Shown here piece by piece: positions 19,458 to 27,892 of a stretch of DNA of 32,000 nucleotides; position 1 is the stretch's first letter; each line of letters starts with the position of its first letter. The DNA lies in assembly GCF_005080705.1 (NCBI RefSeq), contig NZ_CP032996.1:300001-332000 (forward strand), read 5' to 3'. The notes below the pieces were generated by a model. It saw only the letters and a program-made list of their open reading frames with translations. It did not search any database and had not been told where the DNA came from. Origin of the DNA: Buchnera aphidicola (Therioaphis trifolii). Its GTDB lineage: Bacteria; Pseudomonadota; Gammaproteobacteria; Enterobacterales; Enterobacteriaceae. The translations under genes and the position numbers were made by a program.

Positions 19458-20048
19458 ATGAATGAAATGATTTCTACTACTATATTATTAATATTAATAA
19501 TGGATCCACTTGGAAATTTACCAATTGTAATGTCTATTTTAAAACATTTAACACCAAAAAGAAAATTTATTGTTCTATTAAGAGAAATGATTATTGCATT
19601 AGGAATAATGTTTTTTTTTTTATTAGCTGGAGAAAAAACATTATCAATATTAGATTTAAAACCTGAGACAGTTTCAATAGCTGGAGGAATTATATTATTT
19701 TTAATAGCAATAAAAATGATTTTTCCAGATGATAAAATAAATGATAAAAAAATTGATTTAACAGAACCATTTTTAGTACCTCTTGCAATACCCTTAGTAG
19801 CTGGACCATCATTATTAGCAACATTAATGTTATTATCTCATCAATTTTCAAATCAAATTATATCATTATCAATATCTTTATTTATTGCATGGAGTATTAC
19901 TGTATTTATTCTTTTATTATCAGGAACATTTTTAAAATTTTTAGGACCAAAAGGAATAATTGCTTTAGAAAGATTAATGGGATTAATATTAATTATGTTA
20001 TCTACACAAATGTTTCTTGATGGAATTACAACATGGTGTAAATTATAA
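19458..20048 (+). CDS. yhgN: MarC-family (UPF0056) inner-membrane protein YhgN
   Basis: From the ATG at 19458 the product MNEMISTTILLILIMDPLGNLPIVMSILKH... is collinear end-to-end with E. coli YhgN (MNEIISAAVLLILIMDPLGNLPIF...ALERLMGLIL...MFLDGI). It is divergent from asd, as in E. coli. The ORF-track TTG start at 19401 adds 19 unsupported residues. Confidence 0.9.
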   Translation: MNEMISTTILLILIMDPLGNLPIVMSILKHLTPKRKFIVLLREMIIALGIMFFFLLAGEKTLSILDLKPETVSIAGGIILFLIAIKMIFPDDKINDKKIDLTEPFLVPLAIPLVAGPSLLATLMLLSHQFSNQIISLSISLFIAWSITVFILLLSGTFLKFLGPKGIIALERLMGLILIMLSTQMFLDGITTWCKL

Positions 20049-20153
20049 ATTATAATTAATTATATTATAATACAAATAAAAAATTTAAATATAAAAATAT
20101 TTTTAAATATAATACATAATATAAAATATTAATTTTAAAATTTAAAAAATATT

Positions 20154-21356
20154 ATGAATAAAAAAAATACATCTTTAAATATTAATAAAAAAATTATTCA
20201 CATGAAAGATTTAAATTTAAATAATAAAATAGTATTAATTCGTGTAGATTTTAATGTTCCTATAAAAAATAATAAAATATTATGTGATAATCGTATTAAA
20301 GCAAGTCTTCCAACTATTTCTTTTGCTTTAAAAAAAAATGCAAAAGTTATTTTAATGTCACACTTAGGTAGACCAAAAGAAGGTCAATATGATAAAAAAT
20401 TATCATTATTTCCAATTTTTCAATATTTAAAAAAAATATTTCCTAAAAATAATGTTCAATTTAATAATAATTTGAATAATATTAAAATTAAAAAAAAAGA
20501 ATTATTAATATTAGAAAATGTAAGATTTAATATTGGAGAAAAAGATAATAATGAGATATTATCTCAAAAATATGCTAATTTATGTGATATTTTTGTTATG
20601 GATGCTTTTGGAAGTTCCCATAGAAAAGAATCTTCAACATATGGAGTTGGTATATTTTCTAAAATAGCATGTGCTGGACCATTATTAATATCTGAAATTA
20701 ATAATTTAGAAAAAGCTTTAAAAAACCCAAAACGTCCTATGATTTCTATTGTAGGAGGAGCAAAAATATCTACAAAATTTAAATTATTAGAAAAATTATC
20801 TAAAATTTCCGATACTGTAATTGTTGGAGGAGGTATTGCAAATACATTTTTAGCAATTGATCATAATATTGGTAATTCATTATATGAACCAAAATTTATA
20901 CCATTAGCAAAAAAATTAAAAAATAAAAATAATATATTAATACCAGTAGATTCAAGAGTTGGGATAGAATTTTCAAAATTAACACCTGCTTATATAAAAA
21001 AACCACATGAAATTAAAAAAAATGAAGAAATTATGGATATAGGGGATTTGAGTATAAAAAAAATAATTACAATAATTAAAAAGGCAAAAACCATACTTTG
21101 GAATGGACCAATTGGAGTTTTTGAATTTCCAAATTTTTCTTTAGGAACTAGGGCATTAGCAGAAAGTATTGCTAAAAGTAAAGCATTTTCAATTGCAGGA
21201 GGAGGAGAAACTATAAATGTTATTGAAATGTTTAAAATTAGTAATAAAATATCTTATATTTCAACAGGAGGAGGTGCTTTTTTAGAATTTGTAGAAGGAA
21301 AAAAATTACCTGCAATTAAAATGTTAGAATCAGTAAAAAAAAAAATATATAATTAA
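20154..21356 (+). CDS. pgk: Phosphoglycerate kinase
   Basis: 400-aa ORF with RVDFNVP, SHLGRPKEG, the ATP-site motif GGGIANTF and STGGGAFLEFVEGKKLPA. Homology to E. coli Pgk begins at MKDLNLNNK (ATG 20202). The true start is therefore either 20154 or 20202. Confidence 0.95.
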   Translation: MNKKNTSLNINKKIIHMKDLNLNNKIVLIRVDFNVPIKNNKILCDNRIKASLPTISFALKKNAKVILMSHLGRPKEGQYDKKLSLFPIFQYLKKIFPKNNVQFNNNLNNIKIKKKELLILENVRFNIGEKDNNEILSQKYANLCDIFVMDAFGSSHRKESSTYGVGIFSKIACAGPLLISEINNLEKALKNPKRPMISIVGGAKISTKFKLLEKLSKISDTVIVGGGIANTFLAIDHNIGNSLYEPKFIPLAKKLKNKNNILIPVDSRVGIEFSKLTPAYIKKPHEIKKNEEIMDIGDLSIKKIITIIKKAKTILWNGPIGVFEFPNFSLGTRALAESIAKSKAFSIAGGGETINVIEMFKISNKISYISTGGGAFLEFVEGKKLPAIKMLESVKKKIYN

Positions 21357-21397
21357 ATTATATTTTATAAATATAAATCAAAATAAATAGGAAAAAT

Positions 21398-22480
21398 ATG
21401 TCTAAAAAATTAAATAATATTAAATCAGGTGTAATTTTTGGTAATGATATAAATACAATTTTTAAATTAGCAAAAAAAAAAAATTTTGCAATACCAGCAA
21501 TTAATTGTACAAATTTAGATACTATAAATACAGTATTAGAAACTGCTAATAAAATGAGATCTCCAGTAATCATACAATTTTCTTATGGAGGTTCCATATT
21601 TATTGGGGGTAATAATATAAGAAATATTTCAGATATTAAAAAAGCAACATTAGGAGCTATTTCTGCAGCAAATCATGTACATTTAGTTGCAAAATATTAT
21701 AATGTTCCAGTAATATTAAATACTGATCATTGTCATATAAAAATTTTACCATGGATAGAAAATTTAATTAAAATTAGTGAAAAAAATTTTAATCAAAAAG
21801 GATATCCTCTATTTTCTTCACATATGTTAGATTTATCAAAAGAAAAAATAGAAAAAAACATAAAAATATGTAGTCAATATTTAAAAAAAATGCAAAAAAT
21901 TAATATGTTTTTAGAAATTGAATTAGGATGTACAGGAGGAGAAGAAGATGGAATTGATAATAGTAATATAAATACTAATTTATTATATACTAAACCAGAA
22001 GATGTTAATTATGCTTATAAAAAATTAATTAATATCAGTCCTTATTTTATCATTGCTGCATCTTTTGGAAATGTTCATGGAGTATATAAACCAGGTAATA
22101 TAATTTTAAAACCAAAAATATTATATGAAACACAAAAATATATTTGTAAAATAAATAATTTAAAATCTTCAAAACCAATAAATTTTGTCTTTCATGGAGG
22201 ATCTGGTTCTTCAATAAAAGATATTCATGAATCGATTAATTATGGTGTAGTAAAAATGAATATTGATACTGATATACAATGGGCATCTTGGAAGGGAATT
22301 TTAAATTATTATCAAAATAAAAAACAATATTTAAAAACACAATTAGGTAATCCAGAAGGAATTCATTCACCTAATAAAAAATATTACGATCCAAGAATAT
22401 GGACAACAAAATCACAAATTTCTATATCAAAAAAATTAACTAAAATATTTAAAATACTTAATTCATATAATTTATGGTAA
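21398..22480 (+). CDS. fbaA: Fructose-bisphosphate aldolase, class II
   Basis: The 360-aa ORF is collinear with E. coli FbaA (FAIPAINC, TDHC, HSSHMLDLS-type, FHGGSGS, KMNIDTD). The order pgk-fbaA-mscS matches E. coli. An AGGA lies upstream. Confidence 0.96.
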   Translation: MSKKLNNIKSGVIFGNDINTIFKLAKKKNFAIPAINCTNLDTINTVLETANKMRSPVIIQFSYGGSIFIGGNNIRNISDIKKATLGAISAANHVHLVAKYYNVPVILNTDHCHIKILPWIENLIKISEKNFNQKGYPLFSSHMLDLSKEKIEKNIKICSQYLKKMQKINMFLEIELGCTGGEEDGIDNSNINTNLLYTKPEDVNYAYKKLINISPYFIIAASFGNVHGVYKPGNIILKPKILYETQKYICKINNLKSSKPINFVFHGGSGSSIKDIHESINYGVVKMNIDTDIQWASWKGILNYYQNKKQYLKTQLGNPEGIHSPNKKYYDPRIWTTKSQISISKKLTKIFKILNSYNLW

Positions 22481-22525
22481 AAAATTATGTTATAAAATAT
22501 AATTTATAATCATTAGGAGTAAAAA

Positions 22526-23383
22526 ATGCAAGAATTTAACGTAATTAATAATATTAATTATGTTAGAAATTGGGTAGAAAATCACCAAAAAATATTATTA
22601 AAATATATTATACATATAATATCAGCTATTATCATTATAATTACTGGTATTTTTTCTTCTAGAATCATTTCTAAAATATTTCATACAATACTACATAATA
22701 GAAAAATTGATAATACAATATCTGATTTTCTTATCATGATTTCAAAATATATAATTATTACTACAACTATTATTATAACTTTAGGTAGTTTAGGAATACA
22801 AACAACATCTATTATAGCCATTTTAGGAGCTGCTGGAATGGCAGTGGGATTAGCATTACAAGGTTCTTTATCTAATGTTGCAGCTGGAGTTTTATTAATA
22901 ATTTTTAGTCCATTAAGAATTGGAGAATATGTGGTTTTTAAAAATATTGCTGGAACTGTATTAAAAATACATGTATTTTATACTACTTTAAAAACATTGG
23001 ATGGAAAAATAATTATTATTCCTAATAATAAAATTACATCTAATAATATTATCAATTATTCTAGAGAACCATGTCGTAGAAATGAATTTATTATTAATGT
23101 TTCATATGATGCAAACGTAGATTTAGTAATAAAAATATTAAAAGATGTGATGTATAATGAACCAAGAGTATTAAAAGATAAAGATATAATAGTAGGATTA
23201 AATAAATTAGAATTTTATTCAATGAATTTTATTGCACGATGTTGGAGTAATACAAATATTTTAAATACTGTATATTGGGATTTAATGATAAAATTTAAAC
23301 AAGCACTAGATGATAATAATATTATTCTTCCATATAAAAAATTAAATGTATATATTAATAAAAAAAAATATAATAAAAAATAA
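22526..23383 (+). CDS. mscS: Small-conductance mechanosensitive channel MscS
   Basis: The 285-aa ORF has three N-terminal TM segments. The pore helix is AILGAAGMAVGLALQGSLSNVAAGVLLI. The beta-domain motif is IIIPNNKI. A strong AGGAG lies 8 nt upstream. Confidence 0.93.
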   Translation: MQEFNVINNINYVRNWVENHQKILLKYIIHIISAIIIIITGIFSSRIISKIFHTILHNRKIDNTISDFLIMISKYIIITTTIIITLGSLGIQTTSIIAILGAAGMAVGLALQGSLSNVAAGVLLIIFSPLRIGEYVVFKNIAGTVLKIHVFYTTLKTLDGKIIIIPNNKITSNNIINYSREPCRRNEFIINVSYDANVDLVIKILKDVMYNEPRVLKDKDIIVGLNKLEFYSMNFIARCWSNTNILNTVYWDLMIKFKQALDDNNIILPYKKLNVYINKKKYNKK

Positions 23384-23410
23384 ATTATTAATTATTTTTT
23401 ATATTTTTTT

Positions 23411-23487
<77 letters not shown>

Positions 23488-23496
23488 ATAATTAAA

Positions 23497-23525
23497 ATTA
23501 TATACTATAATAATATAAAAATCAA
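23497..23525 (-). promoter_or_regulatory. Candidate sigma-70 promoter of tRNA-fMet: TTGATT-N17-TATAAT
   Basis: The minus strand reads aaataTTGATTtttatattattatagtaTATAATtttaattat, followed by the mature 5' end CGCGGG at 23487. The -10 hexamer ends 9 nt before the mature 5' end, the same spacing as at the tRNA-Met unit. The -35 matches only 4/6, and TATAAT is common by chance in A/T-only DNA. Confidence 0.35.
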
Positions 23526-23593
23526 TATTTAAAAATAAAAAAATTCATGTAATATAATTAAATTATAATTAATAAAATATAAAAATAATCAAT

Positions 23594-24100
23594 ATGAATA
23601 AAATAATATTAAATAAACATGAAATTCAAATAATTGAAGGTGATTTAATTTCTGAAAATTCTAAGATAGCAATTGTTATACCACGTTTTAATAATTTTAT
23701 TAATCAAAATTTATTAAATGGTGCTATTGATATTCTTATTAGAATAGGAAAAATAAAAAATAAAAATATTACTATCATAAAAATTCCTGGTTCATATGAA
23801 ATACCTATTATTTTAAATAATATTTCTTCTTTTTTAAATTATGATGGAATTATAACATTAGGAACAATTATAAAAGGAGAAACTGAACATTTTAAAGTAC
23901 TTTCTTCAAATATTACTTCTAAAATATCTGAAATAAGTTTAAAAAATAATATACCTATTTCATTAGGAATTTTAATGACTGATACTATTGAACAAGCAAT
24001 AAATCGATCAGGATTAAAATTTGGAAATAAAGGAAGTGAGGCAGCATTAGTAGTATTAGAAATGATTAATATTATAAAAAAAATTAAAAATAAAAATTAA
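23594..24100 (+). CDS. ribH: 6,7-dimethyl-8-ribityllumazine synthase
   Basis: The 168-aa ORF is collinear with E. coli RibE/RibH (IAIVIPRFNNFINQNLLNGAID, PGSYEIP, LGTIIKGETEHF, GNKGSEAALVVLEMIN). Confidence 0.95.
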   Translation: MNKIILNKHEIQIIEGDLISENSKIAIVIPRFNNFINQNLLNGAIDILIRIGKIKNKNITIIKIPGSYEIPIILNNISSFLNYDGIITLGTIIKGETEHFKVLSSNITSKISEISLKNNIPISLGILMTDTIEQAINRSGLKFGNKGSEAALVVLEMINIIKKIKNKN

Positions 24101-24139
24101 TTTTAAAATTAAAATATATTAATTAAAATATAAAAAAAA

Positions 24140-25276
24140 ATGAACATTTTAATTAAAAAAAATAATATAAAAAAATCAAAAGATAAATTTTATATGCAAA
24201 AAGCAATTCAATTAGCTAAAAAAGGAAAATATACAACTGATCCAAATCCTAATGTTGGTTGTATAATTGTTTTAAAAGATAAAATTGTAGGAATAGGATG
24301 GCATAAAAAATCAGGAGAAAATCATGCAGAAGTAAATGCTATTAATATGGCTGGAAAATTATCAAAAAATGCAACAGCATATATTTCATTAGAACCATGT
24401 AATTATTTTGGAAAAACACCTCCATGTTGTGATTTAATCATTAAATCTGGAATTAAAAGAGTAGTAATAGCTATTTTAGATCCTAATCCTAAAGTTTCAG
24501 GTAAAAGTATTGAATATTTAAAAAAATCAGGAATTCAAGTAGAAATTGGAATTTTATCTCAAAAAGCTAAAAATATTAATAAGGGTTTTTTTAAAAGAAT
24601 GTTAACTGGAATACCATGGATACAAATAAAAATGGCTATTTCTATTGATGGAAAAATAGCTATGAAAAATGGAGAAAGTAAATGGATTACTGAAAAAAAA
24701 TCAATACAAAATGTACATAAACATAGAGCATTAAGTTCAGCAATTTTAAGTACTAGCAATACTATATTAAAAGATAATTCAAAATTCACCGCAAGATATC
24801 AAACTAAAAATAAAAAATATATACAACCAATTAGAATTATTATAGATAGTAAAAATCGTATTCAACTTCATCATAAAATTATTCAAGAAAATAAAAGTGA
24901 GGTATGGTTAATAAGATTATTTAAAGATAAAATTTTTTGGCCAAAACATGTAAAACAAATCATATTACCAAATAATATTAATCAAATTAATTTACATATA
25001 TTATTGAAATTTTTAGGAAATAAAAAAATTAATACATTATGGATAGAATGTGGATCAAATTTATTTAGTAATATGTTAAGAATGCATTTAATTGATGAAT
25101 TAATTTTATATATTGCACCAAAAATGTTAGGTAATAAAACAATATCACTATATCATGATATTAATAATATTTATTTAAATCAAGCAGAACAATTTATTTT
25201 TAAAAGTATAAAAAAAATAGGATCAGATATTAAAATTATATTACAACCAAAATATCAATATAAAAAAATATCATAG
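24140..25276 (+). CDS. ribD: Bifunctional riboflavin deaminase/reductase RibD
   Basis: 378-aa ORF with the deaminase zinc motifs HAEVNA and [12 protein letters not shown] and the reductase domain ([27 protein letters not shown]). Homology to E. coli RibD starts near [10 protein letters not shown], so the ATG at 24194 is an alternative start. It ends with TAG. Confidence 0.94.
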   Translation: MNILIKKNNIKKSKDKFYMQKAIQLAKKGKYTTDPNPNVGCIIVLKDKIVGIGWHKKSGENHAEVNAINMAGKLSKNATAYISLEPCNYFGKTPPCCDLIIKSGIKRVVIAILDPNPKVSGKSIEYLKKSGIQVEIGILSQKAKNINKGFFKRMLTGIPWIQIKMAISIDGKIAMKNGESKWITEKKSIQNVHKHRALSSAILSTSNTILKDNSKFTARYQTKNKKYIQPIRIIIDSKNRIQLHHKIIQENKSEVWLIRLFKDKIFWPKHVKQIILPNNINQINLHILLKFLGNKKINTLWIECGSNLFSNMLRMHLIDELILYIAPKMLGNKTISLYHDINNIYLNQAEQFIFKSIKKIGSDIKIILQPKYQYKKIS

Positions 25277-25284
25277 GAGAAATA

Positions 25285-25704
25285 ATGTATCATCAAACAA
25301 GAAGAAATGCAAGAAAATATATAATACAAGCACTATATACATGGGAAATATCTAAAAATAATATTTTAGATATAAAAAATCAATATTTAAAAAAAATGAA
25401 TAAAAAAATAGTAGATATAAAATATTTTCATGAATTAATGACAAAAGTAATAAATAATCATGAAAAATTAGATCAAAAAATAAAAAAATGTTTACATATA
25501 AAAATGCAAAAAATTGGACAAATAGAAAAAGCAATATTAAGATTATCTTTTTATGAATTATATAATAGAAAAGATATCCCTTATAAAGTATCAATAAATG
25601 AAAGTATTGAATTAGCTAAATTATTTGGTTCAAATAATAGTTATAAATTTATTAATGGAGTATTACAAAATGCAAAAGATAATATTAAAAATATAAAAAC
25701 ATAA
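25285..25704 (+). CDS. nusB: Transcription antitermination factor NusB
   Basis: 139-aa ORF, the same length as E. coli NusB. It has an [14 protein letters not shown]-terminus and [13 protein letters not shown]...FINGVL. A GGAGA overlaps the ribD stop codon. Confidence 0.93.
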   Translation: MYHQTRRNARKYIIQALYTWEISKNNILDIKNQYLKKMNKKIVDIKYFHELMTKVINNHEKLDQKIKKCLHIKMQKIGQIEKAILRLSFYELYNRKDIPYKVSINESIELAKLFGSNNSYKFINGVLQNAKDNIKNIKT

Positions 25705-25808
25705 ATAAAAATTATTTAAATCAATATTTTATTTATTTCTTATATTTTTAATAAAAATATAAATAATTAAATCATACAAAATAATATCTAAATTATATAA
25801 ATAATATT

Positions 25809-26102
25809 ATGAATAAAAAAAAAAAAAATACAAAAATATGGAATATAAAATTAGCAAAACAAATTGCAAAAAAAGAATCTATTATATTAACAATTGAACA
25901 TTTAGAGATTATTTATTTTATTAGAGATATTTATAATAAATATAAAATTATTCCACCAAATAGAATGTTATTAAAATTAATGAAAAAAAAATTTGAAAAA
26001 AAAAAATGTAATAATATATATATATTATCACTTTTTCCTAAAGGAATTAATAAACAAGCAAATAAAATTGCAGGATTACCAAAATCAAATATATGCTTAT
26101 AA
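25809..26102 (+). CDS. tusE: Sulfurtransferase TusE (DsrC family)
   Basis: 97-aa ORF. The motifs LTIEHLEIIYFIRDIY, SLFPKGINKQANKIAGLPKSNICL align with E. coli TusE [39 protein letters not shown], including the conserved penultimate Cys. Confidence 0.88.
   Translation: MNKKKKNTKIWNIKLAKQIAKKESIILTIEHLEIIYFIRDIYNKYKIIPPNRMLLKLMKKKFEKKKCNNIYILSLFPKGINKQANKIAGLPKSNICL
25815..25828 (+). repeat. A14 homopolymer at codons 3-7 of tusE
   Basis: Counted directly: atg aat, then 14 A (25815-25828), then t. The frame reads M N K K K K N. Confidence 0.95.
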
Positions 26103-26103
26103 T

Positions 26104-26970
26104 TTAATGATTTATAATTAATATAATATTAAAAATTATCATAATAATAATAGACCAATAAAATAATAATCTTGAAAAATTATAATAATTTAATAATAAA
26201 AAATATATATAAGATATAAATAACCATATAAAACTAAAAAACAATAAAATTAAAAAATATATTATATTAATATAATGAAAAATATAAAATAAAATAATTA
26301 TTATTATAAATAAAAAAATATAAAAAATAATATTTTTGATTGTTATTAATTTTCCTTTTTTAATAACAATAGTTGGTATATTAGCAATTTGATAATCTGT
26401 ATTATTAATAATTAATATTGAATATGAATGAGCAATCTGCCAAAAAATAAATAATAAAAATAAAAGAATACATTTTAAATCTATATAATTTGATATAGCA
26501 CAATATCCAATTAATGGAGGTATAGCACCTGAAATACTACCAAAAAAAATATCATAAATTGAAGTACGTTTTAAATAATAACTATATATAATGACATAAA
26601 AAAAAAATCCTATAATAGATAATAAACATGATAATAAATTTACTTTATTTAAAAAAATAAATATACTCAATACAAAAAATAAACATCCAAAAAATTTAGA
26701 ATAAAAAATTAAATGATTAGATATTATTAGAAGTCTTTTTTTTGTTCGATACATTTTTTTATCAATATCAATATCAATAATATTATTAAAAATACATCCA
26801 GAAGAAATAATAAAAAAAGTTCCAAGCAATGTAAAAAATAATAATGAAAAATTACATTTTTCAAATTTAGAAAAATAAAATCCACCTAATACTGCAATTA
26901 AATTCACAAAAATAATTCTTGGTTTAATTAATTTAATATAATTATTCATTATTAATAATATATTTAACAT
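26104..26970 (-). CDS. cyoE: Protoheme IX farnesyltransferase (heme O synthase)
   Basis: The 288-aa polytopic membrane ORF is collinear with E. coli CyoE (IKLIKPRIIF, NNIIDIDIDKKMYRTKKR, GAIPPLIGYCA, WQIAHSY). The ATG at 26949 (MNNYIKLIKP) fits the E. coli N-terminus better than 26970, so the start is uncertain. Confidence 0.93.
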   Translation of the reverse strand: MLNILLIMNNYIKLIKPRIIFVNLIAVLGGFYFSKFEKCNFSLLFFTLLGTFFIISSGCIFNNIIDIDIDKKMYRTKKRLLIISNHLIFYSKFFGCLFFVLSIFIFLNKVNLLSCLLSIIGFFFYVIIYSYYLKRTSIYDIFFGSISGAIPPLIGYCAISNYIDLKCILLFLLFIFWQIAHSYSILIINNTDYQIANIPTIVIKKGKLITIKNIIFYIFLFIIIIILFYIFHYINIIYFLILLFFSFIWLFISYIYFLLLNYYNFSRLLFYWSIIIMIIFNIILIINH

Positions 26971-27290
26971 TTCATATGATTATTTAAATGATACATAATC
27001 CAAATTGAACCAAAAATAATAATAAAAATCACTAATATTGAAAAAATTAAAAATATAATATTCCAATAATTTTTTTTAGAAAAATTTAAATGTAAAAAAT
27101 ATTTTAAATGAACAAAAATCTGAATACATGAAAATATTATTATTAATTTTATAGTAATATTTGAACTAAAATAATTTTTAAAAACTAAAAAAAATGGTAT
27201 TAATGTTAAAAATAAAGAAAATAAAAATCCTAAAATATATAATTTAATTTCTTTATAAAAGTTTTTATTTTTTAATGTCAAATTATTCAT
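26964..27290 (-). CDS. cyoD: Cytochrome bo3 ubiquinol oxidase subunit IV
   Basis: 108 aa from the internal ATG at 27290-27288 ([22 protein letters not shown]...), with three TM segments. The size matches E. coli CyoD (109 aa). This ATG overlaps the cyoC TGA stop as ATGA. The longer ORF-track form would overlap cyoC by 70 nt. Confidence 0.88.
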   Translation of the reverse strand: MNNLTLKNKNFYKEIKLYILGFLFSLFLTLIPFFLVFKNYFSSNITIKLIIIFSCIQIFVHLKYFLHLNFSKKNYWNIIFLIFSILVIFIIIFGSIWIMYHLNNHMKC

Positions 27291-27892
27291 GATATATTCC
27301 CAAATAAATATACTATAGTAAAAATACAAACCCAAATAATATCTAAAAAATGCCAAAATAAACTAAAACATAAAATTCGAATATAAATAATATTATTAGA
27401 ATGTAATTTATTTATTTGAAAAAAAATTCCTAATAACCATAATAAACCAATAATAATATGTATACCATGCATACCAATTAAAGTAAAAAAAGAAGATAAA
27501 AATCCATTTTTTTGTGGAGTATAACCTATTTTTTTTAAATTATAAAATTCATATATTTCTAAAAAAATAAAAAATAATCCTAATAAAAAAGTTAATATTA
27601 AAGAAAAATATAAAAAAAATATTTTTTTATATTTTGCACTAATAACTAAAAATCCACAAAAAATAGAACTTAATAATAATATTATTGTTTCAAAAAAAAC
27701 AATTTTTAAATTAAAAATATGTTGATATTCTAATTTATGAACATACATTATACAATAAACTGCAAACATAGTAGCAAATAATATGCAATCACTCATTAAA
27801 TATAACCATAATCCAAGCATATTATTAATTTTTACTTCATTTAAATAATGTGAAATATGATTAGTATGTTTTTTAATAATATTTTGAATCAT
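27287..27892 (-). CDS. cyoC: Cytochrome bo3 ubiquinol oxidase subunit III
   Basis: The 201-aa ORF is collinear with E. coli CyoC ([41 protein letters not shown]). An AGGA lies upstream. Its start overlaps the cyoB stop (ATGA). Confidence 0.95.
   Translation of the reverse strand: MIQNIIKKHTNHISHYLNEVKINNMLGLWLYLMSDCILFATMFAVYCIMYVHKLEYQHIFNLKIVFFETIILLLSSIFCGFLVISAKYKKIFFLYFSLILTFLLGLFFIFLEIYEFYNLKKIGYTPQKNGFLSSFFTLIGMHGIHIIIGLLWLLGIFFQINKLHSNNIIYIRILCFSLFWHFLDIIWVCIFTIVYLFGNIS

Noticed and set aside
21358-21573. 71-aa minus-strand ORF overlapping the fbaA 5' end
   Set aside because: It is antisense to conserved fbaA codons, has no independent support and has the same compositional explanation.
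24559-24789. 76-aa minus-strand ORF inside ribD
   Set aside because: It is antisense to ribD and has no motif, SD or conservation signal that I can recognise.
25352-25594. 80-aa minus-strand ORF inside nusB
   Set aside because: It is antisense to nusB and gives a low-complexity F/L/I/Y product. It is a composition artefact.
27291-27356. 22-codon N-terminal extension of cyoD overlapping cyoC
   Set aside because: The internal ATG at 27290 gives a product of the E. coli CyoD length and forms an ATGA coupling overlap with the cyoC stop. The extension is just the alternative frame of the cyoC 3' end.
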